Shown: positions 15,718-25,002, counted from the first letter of the stretch. The stretch is 32,000 nt of DNA from Ignicoccus islandicus DSM 13165 (GCF_001481685.1 NZ_CP006867.1:240001-272000), one strand, 5' to 3'. Notes: a model not told the origin generated them from the letters alone. Made by a program: numbers and translations.

Positions 15718-16213
15718 TTATTACATTAGGTGCATTAGGGCAAATTAGCGCTTTACCCCAACCCTACAGCGTGTTTCCAGATTATTCGCCCTGATGCCTC
15801 TAGCGAACTTGAAGTTTCTTAGAAAACCATTAACCCCGACTCTCCAAGGACTCTTTCGTCAACGCCATATTTCGTCTTACCAATCCTGGGTACCAACTGC
15901 GGAACCGGATCTTAGAACAATTCCTTGCAGCCTCGCTCCCGCAATTGTTTTTCCATCGACCTCACGCAGTACGACCTCAGAACACCCTCGTAATCGATTG
16001 GATCTTCATTATAGGAGAGTAAGGCGCACTCCCCTAACGCCCCTTTCGACCCACGGAGCCCCTCGTCCTTTCAATTCGTTGCTATTTCGAAATTTGAGTT
16101 CAGTAACCCCATCGACGGTTCAGAATTTCATAAAGATTTCAATTAATTAAACTAAGACGTTGGAAGTCCCCGAAATTGCGTGAGGGGAAAGCTCTAAATT
16201 ACGGCAGAGGGGC

Positions 16214-17308
16214 TCAATAAGCCCCGTGCTTCTTGGCCCACTCTTCATACATCTTGACGGTCTCGGGCTTAACGCTAGGCTTCCTCCTCTTTAAGGCAGC
16301 CTTCACGTCTTCCATAGTTATAGGCCTCGGATCCCCTATGCCACCGGTTTCCTTGAAGAGCTCCCTCACGGTTATCATATGGGCGTCTCTCAAGATTGCG
16401 ACTATGTCTGCGGATGAATAGCCTTCGGTCAGCCTGACCAGCTCCTCAACGTCTATTCCGTTGTGGTTGAGCCTAGCTAAGGTTTTCTCTATTAAACGTC
16501 TTCTAGCCTCTTCATCGGGGAGAGGAATATATATTCTCTTTTCGAACCTCCTTATGAAGCCTTCGTCCAGTTTCCAAGGCTTGTTGGTAGCGGCGATAAC
16601 GTAAACGAAATACCTCTCCCCCTTGTCCTGAAGGCCATCCATCTCTTTCAAGAACTGGTTCCTTGCTCTGACTTCACCACCGACCTCGTTGGAGTACGTG
16701 CCCAGAAGGGAGTCGACCTCGTCAATGAATATTACCACGGGCCTGCCTTCCTTGGCTATTTCCCTAGCCTTCTTGAATATCTTTGCCACGTTCTTCTCTG
16801 CTTCGCCCAGCCACTTGCTCATAATTGTGGCAGCGTCAACGTAAATGAATTCTCCGTCTATCTCAGACGCTATAGCAGCAGCTAGCATGGTCTTTCCGCA
16901 TCCCGGAGGTCCGAAGAGGAGTATTCCCCTAGGCCATCCCAAGGGGAACAAGTCTGGCCTTTTAGTCGGAAATATTATCGCTTCTTCTATGGCCCTCTTC
17001 GCTTCCTCCAGACCTACTACGTCTTCCCACTTCACCTTGGGCTTGCTCTGGAGCTCTATTTCCTCTTCCTCCCCTCCTATGGGTTCTGGCATCATATCGC
17101 TTTGAAGCAGCTTTATCTTGTTATTTATATGGTCTAGATACTCTAAGTATACGTTCTTTAATGGGTGATCTGGTTCGAGCTCGAGGGCCTTCTTGATCAT
17201 ATTAGCAGCTATCTTGTAATTCTTTAAAGCTTCGTCTTTCTTACCGTTCTTTTCTAGTTGAAACGCCTTGTGGAGGTAACTGTGGGCCACTTGTTCAAGT
17301 TTCCCCAC
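16214..17308 (-). CDS. cdvC: CdvC / Vps4-like AAA+ ATPase with N-terminal MIT domain
   Basis: 364 aa. MIT-like helices (KAFQLEKNGKKDEALKNYKIAANMIKKALE), Walker A GPPGCGKT, Walker B VIFIDEVDS, second region of homology ATNKPW..D.GFIRRF. Last gene of a cdvA-cdvB-cdvC arrangement. Confidence 0.9.
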   Translation of the reverse strand: MGKLEQVAHSYLHKAFQLEKNGKKDEALKNYKIAANMIKKALELEPDHPLKNVYLEYLDHINNKIKLLQSDMMPEPIGGEEEEIELQSKPKVKWEDVVGLEEAKRAIEEAIIFPTKRPDLFPLGWPRGILLFGPPGCGKTMLAAAIASEIDGEFIYVDAATIMSKWLGEAEKNVAKIFKKAREIAKEGRPVVIFIDEVDSLLGTYSNEVGGEVRARNQFLKEMDGLQDKGERYFVYVIAATNKPWKLDEGFIRRFEKRIYIPLPDEEARRRLIEKTLARLNHNGIDVEELVRLTEGYSSADIVAILRDAHMITVRELFKETGGIGDPRPITMEDVKAALKRRKPSVKPETVKMYEEWAKKHGAY

Positions 17309-17312
17309 CTTT

Positions 17313-18116
17313 TCATCCCCTCTTCCTTATCGCTATCTTCCCTTCCTTCTCTAGCCTCTCCAGAGCCTTCCTAACCTCAGCCTCTGTGATACCTAGATGA
17401 GACGCGATCTTCTTAACGGAGAGCTTGTGTGCCCTACCGTATTGGTGATAGATCCTAATTACTTCGTAAACTTTCTCTACTACCTCATCGAATGAGTACT
17501 TCCTTATGGCACCGTCCGCCAACGCTACCGGTTGCGTTGATGGGGTAGACCAGTACGCGTTATTGTAAGCGTCGTTTAATTCCTTCTCTAATCCGCTATC
17601 GATAGGCTTCAATAGTTCGGTGGAGTCTATCATTACCTCTTTGAGAGCTTGTGCATTGGGAGTCGGCATATCGAGACCCTTCAACTCTATGAGTACGTTC
17701 TCAATATTGGACTTTGCCCTTTCAGCATACGGCAATAGCGCCCCTTCCAGTATAGCCTTCCTGTCTTCCAGAACCTCGTAGATCCTCTGAAGAGTGGCCA
17801 CTGCGTTTGCGTGGCTGGTTTCCTTTTCCATCTTCCTTAGTTCCATTTCAAGTAAGTTCTTCGTGGTCTTTAGATCCCTTACCTTCTTGCTTAGGTCCTT
17901 TATTTCTATTTCGAGCGCCCTAGCCTTCTCCTCTTCCTTTTCCCTAAGCGCCCTTAGGTACTCCTCTTTCCTCTCCTCTTTCAGTCTCTCTAATTCAAAT
18001 ATCTCTTCGTCTAGCTTCCTCACCAGTTCGTTTAGTTTTATTAACCTATCAATGTAAACGTGCTTGAGCCTCCTCCCTTGCTTCTTCTTTTTCCGAAAGA
18101 AAAGCCATATTACCAT
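17313..18116 (-). CDS. cdvB: CdvB, ESCRT-III (Snf7-like) protein with C-terminal winged-helix domain
   Basis: 267 aa. Long charged helical hairpin region followed by a wH-like C-terminus (LSVKKIASHLGITEAEVRKALERLEKEGKIAIRK). Positioned between cdvA and cdvC as in Sulfolobus. Confidence 0.75.
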   Translation of the reverse strand: MVIWLFFRKKKKQGRRLKHVYIDRLIKLNELVRKLDEEIFELERLKEERKEEYLRALREKEEEKARALEIEIKDLSKKVRDLKTTKNLLEMELRKMEKETSHANAVATLQRIYEVLEDRKAILEGALLPYAERAKSNIENVLIELKGLDMPTPNAQALKEVMIDSTELLKPIDSGLEKELNDAYNNAYWSTPSTQPVALADGAIRKYSFDEVVEKVYEVIRIYHQYGRAHKLSVKKIASHLGITEAEVRKALERLEKEGKIAIRKRG

Positions 18117-18165
18117 AGTAGCGCACCTCTTCGGAGTTTTCCGCGCTTATTCGAAAACGATGGGC

Positions 18166-18846
18166 TTAGTCGGACAAGTCTAGCATTATCGGTGGTACGC
18201 TAGGTTGGCTCACTTGGTGGTGAACGTTTTGAACGCCTTCGCTCTCCTCAGTGGGCTTCTCGAGCTTCTCTAACTTCTCTATCCACTCCTTAACGCTCTT
18301 CTTCTCCTCGTAAGCCATTTCCTTCTGATGCCTTATTGCGCTAGCAGCTTGCTGATACCTTTTGTCGCTAATCTCTCCAGCCATGTAGCTCATCTGGAGG
18401 TTTATCAAGGCCCTATCCATTTCGAGTATCTGGTCCTCTAACTCCCCTATCCTCTCCCTTAGCATCTTCTTTACGTCGCCTAGCTTACCCTTCAAGCTCT
18501 GTAGTTGTTGTTCCATTTTCTTCTTCATCTCAATTACTATGTCCTTGTTAACTTCGCTGTTACTCATCATGGTTTCTAGGGCCTTTATCCTCCTTATCGC
18601 TGTATCCATTTTCCTGTATATGCTCTTAGCCTCGGCCATCCATTCAGGAAGCACAACTACTTCTTCGCCCTTCTTAGAGAGCCTCTCAGAAGGTATTCTA
18701 GTGAACTTGTTACCTCCAACTGCTAACTCTACTGCCTCCACTTCTCCATCCACGTTGGAGTAAACGCTTACTAAGGTTCCAACTATCCTACCGAACGGGT
18801 CCTTTACGGGTTCACCGACGTACTTCTCTACGAGAGTTATCTCCAT
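18166..18846 (-). CDS. cdvA: CdvA, PRC-barrel plus coiled-coil cell-division protein
   Basis: 226 aa. N-terminal PRC-barrel-like segment (YVGEPVKDPFGRIVGTLVSVYSNVDGEVEAVEL), central coiled coil, and a short proline-containing C-terminal tail (PSVPPIMLDLSD) where the ESCRT-III-binding peptide is expected. Confidence 0.8.
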   Translation of the reverse strand: MEITLVEKYVGEPVKDPFGRIVGTLVSVYSNVDGEVEAVELAVGGNKFTRIPSERLSKKGEEVVVLPEWMAEAKSIYRKMDTAIRRIKALETMMSNSEVNKDIVIEMKKKMEQQLQSLKGKLGDVKKMLRERIGELEDQILEMDRALINLQMSYMAGEISDKRYQQAASAIRHQKEMAYEEKKSVKEWIEKLEKLEKPTEESEGVQNVHHQVSQPSVPPIMLDLSD

Positions 18847-18938
18847 ACCTAGGTCCCGTAGTAATACTAGGGTATCTCCTGACCCTTATTAAGGGGTAAA
18901 CCGGGAATCGCTTTTACCTACGAATTCGAAGACCTCAC

Positions 18939-19250
18939 TTGGTGAACGAGATAAGAATAAGCGAAGCGTTACGAGAAATGAAACTTGAGTTAGCTTACTT
19001 CGCATCCGGTGTAATTACAGCGGCCCTCTCACCGCTGACTGGGCCCTTCTCGATCGCTCTCTTCTGGATAGGAATGGCTTTACTGAGCATTGGATGGATC
19101 GCCATAGGAATTAAAATAAGGGCTCTCATACATCTCAAGAGGATCGAGGTTCTCAGGAGGGCAATAAGGGAAAATGTGGAGGGAGCTCCTAAACGAGAAG
19201 ATGGAGCAGCTAATGAAAATAACGAAAGTGGAAGTGGAAATGGAGGTTAA
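18939..19250 (+). CDS. Small membrane protein (2 TM helices), function unknown
   Basis: 103 aa. Two hydrophobic helices, then a charged low-complexity tail (NENNESGSGNGG). Confidence 0.4.
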   Translation: MVNEIRISEALREMKLELAYFASGVITAALSPLTGPFSIALFWIGMALLSIGWIAIGIKIRALIHLKRIEVLRRAIRENVEGAPKREDGAANENNESGSGNGG

Positions 19251-19800
19251 TTCAAGCAATTATTTGGAACTAGTTGTATTGAGCGATTTGATAACGTCCT
19301 TGAACGTAACCAAAGTTTACAGTCCCAAGGTTATAGGAACTGAATTGAAATATGTTGAGGGTCTCTTCGTACCCAAGTGGCGCTCGAAGAGGTTGGAGGG
19401 AACGAGGGAAGTGATAGGGAGCGTGTTGCCGTTCTTGATAGAGGGGGACGTGAAGGCCTCGCTCTGGTTTCAGTCTCCCCACCCGCAAGGCGGAGTACCG
19501 GACGTAATGATGAGCTTCGGATGGGAAGTTAGCGTTTCAGACAACATTGTAAACTTCGCGGAGCCAGCTTGGAGGATAGAGAGAATAGGTAGGTCCGTGA
19601 GGTTGGAAGGGCTTTGGTGGAAACCTGATTTAGTTATAGAAGTAAAGAGGACGCCGAAGAGGGCGAGAACGTATCCGGCGAGGAAGAGGTTGATGGTTTC
19701 CTTAGTTGAGGGAGAAGTGACCGGATGGGAAGTAGTGGAGCTGAGGTCCTTAAGGGAAGTCATTAGAAAGTTCATTCATGAACTTGCACACGTTTATTAG
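19174..19800 (+). CDS. Hypothetical protein (start probably an internal ATG at 19201-19240); possible nuclease-like KPDLVIEVKR motif
   Basis: 208-aa ORF with protein-like composition. WWKPDLVIEVKRTPK resembles a D...E-x-K restriction-endonuclease-fold core, but the spacing is atypical. No family recognised. Confidence 0.4.
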   Translation: MWRELLNEKMEQLMKITKVEVEMEVNSSNYLELVVLSDLITSLNVTKVYSPKVIGTELKYVEGLFVPKWRSKRLEGTREVIGSVLPFLIEGDVKASLWFQSPHPQGGVPDVMMSFGWEVSVSDNIVNFAEPAWRIERIGRSVRLEGLWWKPDLVIEVKRTPKRARTYPARKRLMVSLVEGEVTGWEVVELRSLREVIRKFIHELAHVY

Positions 19801-19832
19801 TTCCCTTGTGCACGAAGTAACGGAGTTAGGCC

Positions 19833-20474
19833 TTGGTGCAACTAGTCAAGATAGAGGTGGACGTCCATCAAAAATACTTGGAGAAGGCTCGTCAACTTAG
19901 AGAGATTTACGATAAAGCTGGAGTTAAGGTTTTCGAGCTACTAGGGAGTCCCGGATCGGGTAAAACGGCCTTAGCGGAAGCGCTGATAGATAGGATCAAG
20001 GACAAGTATTCCATATTGTACCTAGGAGGCGACGTGGCCTCTACTCTAGACGCAGAGAGGATAGCTAGACATGGGGTAGACGCTACCGAAATAAACACTG
20101 GAGGCATATGTCACCTCGAACCGGATCACGTTATGAAAGCTTTGAGTAACGTTGACTTGAGCAAGTACGATGTGATGTTTATAGAGAACGTCGGGAACCT
20201 CATATGTCCCTTCAGCTTCCCCTTGGGGGCTCACAAGAGGATAATGGTGGTATCCGTTGCAGAGGGCGAAGACAAGTTCGTGAAGCATCCAATGAGCACG
20301 AGGCTTTCCGACGTTATTGTAATAAGCAAAGTCGACTTAGCTCCCGCAATAGGCGTCAACGTTGAGAAGATGGAAGAGGACGCGAGGAAGCTCAATCCCA
20401 AAGCTCCGATAGTTAAAGTCTCCGTTAAGACGGGAGAAGGTTTGAACGAACTGGTTTCAGTGCTCGGCCTCTAA
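19833..20474 (+). CDS. hypB: Hydrogenase nickel-incorporation GTPase HypB (G3E family)
   Basis: 213 aa. P-loop GSPGSGKTA, CH motif GGICHLEP, ENVGNLICP and SKVDL blocks are diagnostic of HypB/UreG-type G3E GTPases. Confidence 0.85.
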   Translation: MVQLVKIEVDVHQKYLEKARQLREIYDKAGVKVFELLGSPGSGKTALAEALIDRIKDKYSILYLGGDVASTLDAERIARHGVDATEINTGGICHLEPDHVMKALSNVDLSKYDVMFIENVGNLICPFSFPLGAHKRIMVVSVAEGEDKFVKHPMSTRLSDVIVISKVDLAPAIGVNVEKMEEDARKLNPKAPIVKVSVKTGEGLNELVSVLGL

Positions 20475-20550
20475 CTCGCACCTCCGATTTTCTCCGAAAG
20501 ATATATTGATATTATCCCTATTCCTAATTAAGTGATAACGGGTTAACGCA

Positions 20551-21204
20551 GTGATGTTAGAGGTACTAGAGCGTAAGTTGAGCGAACTCAACGGACCCAT
20601 TGTCGCGGCTAACGTAGGCCCCCCAGACGCGGACAAGGTAATTGGTGGAAAGAGGGTTTGCAAGTTAGTAGTTGTAACTACGGAGGAAATGGCCGGTAGC
20701 TACTTCCCGTTAGGATTCGAAATGGTAGCTACTGACTTGGCAGTAGCTTACATGACCTTCAACGAGGAGGAAGCGGCTGCAATCGATAGGCTTAGGCAGT
20801 TGGGCGACGTTCTAATAGTGAGTAAGGCGAAGAGAGACGGAAAGTACTACGTCTTCGACGGCGTAATGATGGCTTACGAGGTCGCTACAGTGGGTAACTT
20901 GAGCTGGCACGTTCTCAAAGGCATCTACCCGCCCCTAATGGAGGGCAAGGAGTACCTCTACAAGGCGCCCATTGCCTTAAGCCTAATCGAATCGGTGGCT
21001 TCCGGGGGAGGGTTGAGCGTACCCGCCAAGGAGCTTTACCCTATTGAGGTAACTAAGGGGCTCACTACTAATGTGAAGGTTGACCCGAAGGCTGGGAAGA
21101 AGGAGGAAAGGTTCGAAGTTCCCGGAATTTTACTCTTGCCGGCCCTAGTCGCGAAGTGGAGAGCCCATCGTGTTAGCAGTAAGAAGGCTTCACCCGAAGG
21201 CTAA
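20551..21204 (+). CDS. Hypothetical protein, function unknown
   Basis: 217 aa with a coding-like composition. The 3' end overlaps the dUTPase start by 35 nt. No motif recognised. Confidence 0.45.
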   Translation: MMLEVLERKLSELNGPIVAANVGPPDADKVIGGKRVCKLVVVTTEEMAGSYFPLGFEMVATDLAVAYMTFNEEEAAAIDRLRQLGDVLIVSKAKRDGKYYVFDGVMMAYEVATVGNLSWHVLKGIYPPLMEGKEYLYKAPIALSLIESVASGGGLSVPAKELYPIEVTKGLTTNVKVDPKAGKKEERFEVPGILLLPALVAKWRAHRVSSKKASPEG

Positions 21205-21589
21205 GTTACCGAAGAGGTCCAATCCATGGGATGCGGGGTTGGACCTATTCTCTATTGAGAATGTAACTATAGGACCTTCCGAGCTGAAGGTAGTTAGAAC
21301 TGGAATAGCAGTCGCGATTCCCAGGGGGTTCGTCGGAATAATAAAGGACAGGTCCTCGAAGGCATTAAAGGGTTTACACTGCTTGGCGGGAGTGATAGAT
21401 CCGGGATATAGGGACGAGATAAAAGTAATAGTTATTAACTTGGGCAAGGAGCAAATTGAAATAACGGAGGGCGAGAGGTTCGCCCAGCTCCTCTTGGTCC
21501 CAATAGCCTACATGGATCCAATAGAGGTGGAGGAACTCCCTCCTAACGATGGAAGGTCGGGAGGTTTCGGATCAACGGGGATGAAGTAA
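21170..21589 (+). CDS. dut: dUTP diphosphatase (dUTPase)
   Basis: 139 aa. AGLDLFS, GVIDPGYRDEI and C-terminal RSGGFGSTG are the trimeric dUTPase motifs. Confidence 0.85.
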   Translation: MLAVRRLHPKAKLPKRSNPWDAGLDLFSIENVTIGPSELKVVRTGIAVAIPRGFVGIIKDRSSKALKGLHCLAGVIDPGYRDEIKVIVINLGKEQIEITEGERFAQLLLVPIAYMDPIEVEELPPNDGRSGGFGSTGMK

Positions 21590-21635
21590 CGACGGTCTCC
21601 TGAATTTAAGTGATGAGTCTTCTCTCCCCGACCCT

Positions 21636-22457
21636 TTACTTGCCGTACCTCCTCTTCCTCCTTTGATAGTCCCTAATCGCCCTCAAGATGTCTATCTTCC
21701 TTATTTCGGGCCAGTACATGTCCGCGAAATAGAACTCGCTGTAAGCCGATTGCCACAATAGGAAATTGCTTATCCTCTCTTCGCCGCTAGTCCTAATTAT
21801 TAGGTCTGGATCAGGGACGCCCGCAGTGTAGAGGTGCTCGCTTATCGTCTCTTCAGTTATCTCCTCGGGCTTTAGTTTCCCTTCCAATACTTCCATTGCT
21901 ATTTTCTTGACAGCGTCCACTATCTCTTGCCTACCTCCGTAGCATACGGCCACGTAAAGGTACCTCTCGTTATAATGTTGGGTAGCCTTTTGCACCTCTT
22001 CCGCTGCTTCCTTCAAGTACTTGGGCCACATTTCGCACTTCCCTATTACGTTAACCTTAACTTTATGTTCGTGAATTATCTTCTCCTTCGCGAGTTCCCT
22101 TAAACCGCCGCTTATCAGATCGAACAAATTCCTCCTCTCCTCTTCGCTCCTCCTAGTGCAGTTCTCGGTAGACATTGCGAAGACCGTGACGGTCTCTATA
22201 CCTAGGTCCAGTAACCAAAGCAATACTTCCCTCATTTTCTTGTAGCCTTCCTTGTGACCGTACCACTCCTTGAAGCCCTTCATCTTAGCCCATCGCCTGT
22301 TTCCGTCTGGAATTATGGCTACGTGGCGCGGTAGGGGTCTGGACTTCACTTCAGCCTCTAATCTCTTTTCGTAGATTCCGTAAACTGGTTTCAATAGCTT
22401 GTCAGTTACTCTGAATCCCTTCAACGCGATGTTGTACCTTCGCCTATTCAAAGGCAC
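21636..22457 (-). CDS. uppS: cis-Prenyltransferase (undecaprenyl/di-trans,poly-cis-polyprenyl diphosphate synthase)
   Basis: 273 aa. HVAIIPDGNRRWA, TVFAMSTEN, IRTSGEERISNFLLWQSAYSEFYF are the canonical UppS blocks. Confidence 0.9.
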   Translation of the reverse strand: MPLNRRRYNIALKGFRVTDKLLKPVYGIYEKRLEAEVKSRPLPRHVAIIPDGNRRWAKMKGFKEWYGHKEGYKKMREVLLWLLDLGIETVTVFAMSTENCTRRSEEERRNLFDLISGGLRELAKEKIIHEHKVKVNVIGKCEMWPKYLKEAAEEVQKATQHYNERYLYVAVCYGGRQEIVDAVKKIAMEVLEGKLKPEEITEETISEHLYTAGVPDPDLIIRTSGEERISNFLLWQSAYSEFYFADMYWPEIRKIDILRAIRDYQRRKRRYGK

Positions 22458-22495
22458 TATTCCAATACCCGTAGTTTCGAAGGCGCCTAATGATA

Positions 22496-23320
22496 TTAAA
22501 GTGGATTATTAGATTCAGAGAATTGGTACAGCTCTATCCTACCCCATCCACCTACAGCTATTTCGCTGTTCCTCCAGTAGGAGCTCTCCATCGATCTAGG
22601 TCCCATTCCCCTAAGAAGAAGGTTTCCTCGAGAATCATAGACTTCCGCAGTACCGTTCCAATCGAGTACGAATAGATACTTGCAATTGTCGCTCCAAGAG
22701 AGCGCCCTTACGTCGAAGAAGTCCCTCTTCCCCCAAACCATTTGGAAGCCTGTCTCTCCGTACCTCAAAACGTACAATTGTCCGGGCTCGAAGGTACCTA
22801 CTGCTATCAGATCGCCGCATACCTTGACCCTATTAACGTTCTCAGCTAATGGAAGCTTGTGTAGAACTTTCCCTTCCCTATTCACGGCATACAAGAAACC
22901 GTCGAACCCTGCCCCTAGTATGACGTCCTCGTACCAATCTACTGAGTATATGTGATTGTCCGTTTCCAAGTGCCATGCCACCTTTCCGTCCTTCATTAGT
23001 GCCATTCCATTGCAACAGAGGCCTATCGCGACCTCTTCTCCCTTTACAGCACACGAGTTGACCCCGTAATCGAGCGGAATCTCTTTAACCTCGTCTCCTA
23101 ATATTAGGACTTTCCTAGCCTCGCTCCCTATTAGGAGGTTTCCCGAGTAGGGTCTGACGCAAGTTAATCCGGCCGTAGACGTGTAAAGCACGTCAGCCCT
23201 CCCTTCCTCTAAGGCCAGTAAAGCGTTCTCGTTGACAGCCAGGACCGATCCGTTCTCGCGAATGTAAACGTCGTACACGTGTCCCTTCGTGGGAAACACC
23301 CACTTCCTTTCTATCTTCAA
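22496..23320 (-). CDS. Beta-propeller repeat protein (PQQ/WD40-like), function unknown
   Basis: 274 aa with repeated beta-strand-rich units (VLAVNENA, LLIGSEA, VAIGLCCNG, ILGAGFDGFLYAVNREGKV, LIAVGT). Shares the SxxNCKY(L/V) blade motif with the ORF at 30273-31874. Confidence 0.5.
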   Translation of the reverse strand: MKIERKWVFPTKGHVYDVYIRENGSVLAVNENALLALEEGRADVLYTSTAGLTCVRPYSGNLLIGSEARKVLILGDEVKEIPLDYGVNSCAVKGEEVAIGLCCNGMALMKDGKVAWHLETDNHIYSVDWYEDVILGAGFDGFLYAVNREGKVLHKLPLAENVNRVKVCGDLIAVGTFEPGQLYVLRYGETGFQMVWGKRDFFDVRALSWSDNCKYLFVLDWNGTAEVYDSRGNLLLRGMGPRSMESSYWRNSEIAVGGWGRIELYQFSESNNPL

Positions 23321-23380
23321 ACTCTTACCTAGAGCGCTTTCGAATGCTCCCAGTTAAAGCTCCTCCCTCGTAAGCTCCTT

Positions 23381-24100
23381 GTGGAGATGGTAATGAAAGT
23401 CGTTGGAATACTAGGTTCTCCTAGGAAATATGGATCCTCTTTCAAGGGCCTGATGCTAGCTCTCAAGGCGGCCGAGAAGTTCGGGGCTCAAACGGAGTTC
23501 TACCATTTGTACCAAATGGACATTAAGCCTTGTTTGGGTTGCGTCTCGGAAGACGTAAAGGTTTGTAGATATCCTTGCATTATAGAGGACGACATGAGGA
23601 AGCTATACGACGCTTTGATAGAAGCGGACGGCTTCGTAATAGCGACGCCCGTTTACTGGTATTCGCCTAGCGGCGTGGTAAAGAACTTCATTGATAGACT
23701 AACCGCGCTCGAGAACATGATACACATAGACGGTAAGAGCTGGTTGGATGGAAAGGTAGCGGGCTTCATTGCTACGGGTAACGATAGCGGAGCCATGATG
23801 GCCATCTCACAGCTAATGGTAATAATGAACTCAATGGGCGTTGTAATACCTCCTTGGAGTATGGCTTATACAAACGAACTAGTTGATCCCCTGGAAAAGG
23901 AGTCGTTCGTTACGGACGCGTTAAACGTTGGGAGGAACGTAGTTCTAATGGCAAAGGCGATGAAGGGAGAGGCGGTAAACAGATGGTATGATCCAGAACT
24001 TTATGAATGGTATGAAAAAGAACTTAAGGATTGGATAGTTGAGCTTGCGAGAGAGGAGGAAGCTAAGGCTGAGAAGCCTTGGAAACGCTTTACTTCCTAA
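23381..24100 (+). CDS. Flavodoxin-fold NADPH-dependent FMN reductase / iron-sulfur flavoprotein-like protein
   Basis: 239 aa. MKVVGILGSPRKYGSS start, Cys cluster CLGC...C..PC, and GFVIATPVYWYSPSGVVKNFIDR are typical of the Isf/NADPH-FMN reductase family. The likely true start is the ATG at 23393. Confidence 0.7.
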   Translation: MEMVMKVVGILGSPRKYGSSFKGLMLALKAAEKFGAQTEFYHLYQMDIKPCLGCVSEDVKVCRYPCIIEDDMRKLYDALIEADGFVIATPVYWYSPSGVVKNFIDRLTALENMIHIDGKSWLDGKVAGFIATGNDSGAMMAISQLMVIMNSMGVVIPPWSMAYTNELVDPLEKESFVTDALNVGRNVVLMAKAMKGEAVNRWYDPELYEWYEKELKDWIVELAREEEAKAEKPWKRFTS

Positions 24101-25002
24101 TTTCCGGCTACCATAGAAGCATTCCGGTCGAAGAGGTAATTGCCCTTCACGAGGCCGAGGGGTGCCCCTTTCAGCTCCTATCCGTTCATAACGGTCTCGT
24201 TTTAGGGAGGGGCGATCCTAAGTGTTCGATGAGGCTAACGTATAGGAGCGCATACGTAAAGGAGATTGGAACGGTAGGTTACGTTAGCGACGGGGTTTCA
24301 ACTACGGTCTTGAAAGAGCTTGACTGTGGGAAACTGAAGGTTCACGTTGTAGGGGGGTCGGAGGTTCCGGAGGTTCGTTTGGAAGGCAAAGGTACTTGCA
24401 GAGCAATAGCAACGGAAGACTTCATAGTTATAGGAAAGGAGTTGTCTAAAAGAGCTCACGGGAAGAGCGAGAAGGGCCCCTTCTTCTCCCCCGGTTCCAT
24501 GGATCCAATTTTAGCTAGGGCTATGGTCAACTTGAGCAGGCTTAAGAAGGGAGGGACTTTCCTTGACCCCTTCTGCGGGACGGGCGTTTTCGTTATGGAG
24601 GCATCTAAGGTAGCTAAACTGGGCTTATGTTTCGATTTAGATCCAGCAATGTGCTACGGGGGGAGGATAAACTTGAAGTGGGCTGGAGCTCTAAGCGATA
24701 ACGCCTTGACGGACTCCTTCTCACTCCCAATTAAGAGTAATAGCGTAGATGCCATAGCAACCGACCCTCCGTACGGAAGGAGCGTCGTTAGCTTGGCCCA
24801 CGATCCCATAGAGCTTTTCGCTTCCTTCTTAGGGGAAGCGGAAAGGGTACTCAAGCCCGGATCGTACGTAACGTTTGCCATGTCCAGTAAGGTTAGAGTC
24901 ATGGATGCAATAGGAACTACTAATCTGAAGTTGATGAAGTGTCACGTTCAGAGAGTACATAGGAGCTTGGCCAGATTGATTTGCACACTGAGAAAGGCGT
25001 AG
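24079..25002 (+). CDS. THUMP-domain tRNA (guanine(10)-N2)-methyltransferase (archaeal Trm-G10/Trm11-like)
   Basis: 307 aa. N-terminal THUMP-like region, SAM motif LDPFCGTG, catalytic ATDPPYG. Confidence 0.7.
   Translation: METLYFLISGYHRSIPVEEVIALHEAEGCPFQLLSVHNGLVLGRGDPKCSMRLTYRSAYVKEIGTVGYVSDGVSTTVLKELDCGKLKVHVVGGSEVPEVRLEGKGTCRAIATEDFIVIGKELSKRAHGKSEKGPFFSPGSMDPILARAMVNLSRLKKGGTFLDPFCGTGVFVMEASKVAKLGLCFDLDPAMCYGGRINLKWAGALSDNALTDSFSLPIKSNSVDAIATDPPYGRSVVSLAHDPIELFASFLGEAERVLKPGSYVTFAMSSKVRVMDAIGTTNLKLMKCHVQRVHRSLARLICTLRKA

Noticed and set aside
15794-16150. 118-codon plus-strand ORF in the ORF-poor region
   Set aside because: S/T/P/R/L-rich and very basic, unlike every credible protein in the window. 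No upstream signal recognised. Treated as non-coding or a relic (see finding).
15718-16213. RNase P RNA, SRP (7S) RNA or C/D-box sRNA in the gap
   Set aside because: I scanned both strands by eye for GGAAAGUCC-type CR-I, SRP helix-8 motifs and RUGAUGA...CUGA pairs with ~12-nt guides. Only loose matches turned up (GGAAGTCCCC at ~16162; ATGAAGA...CTGA with 22-nt spacing). Not supportable without a covariance search.
16208-16226. Hairpin GGGGCT-CAATA-AGCCCC overlapping the cdvC stop codon as a terminator
   Set aside because: Archaeal termination relies mainly on oligo-T tracts and none follows on the transcribed strand. The stem lies largely inside coding sequence.
10327-17308. TIP49 (10327-11676) or Vps4/CdvC (16214-17308) as the missing MoxR partner of the VWA protein
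   Set aside because: Both belong to other AAA+ clades with clear signatures (a RuvBL domain II insertion; a MIT domain within the cdv operon). They are 10-16 kb away on unrelated operons.
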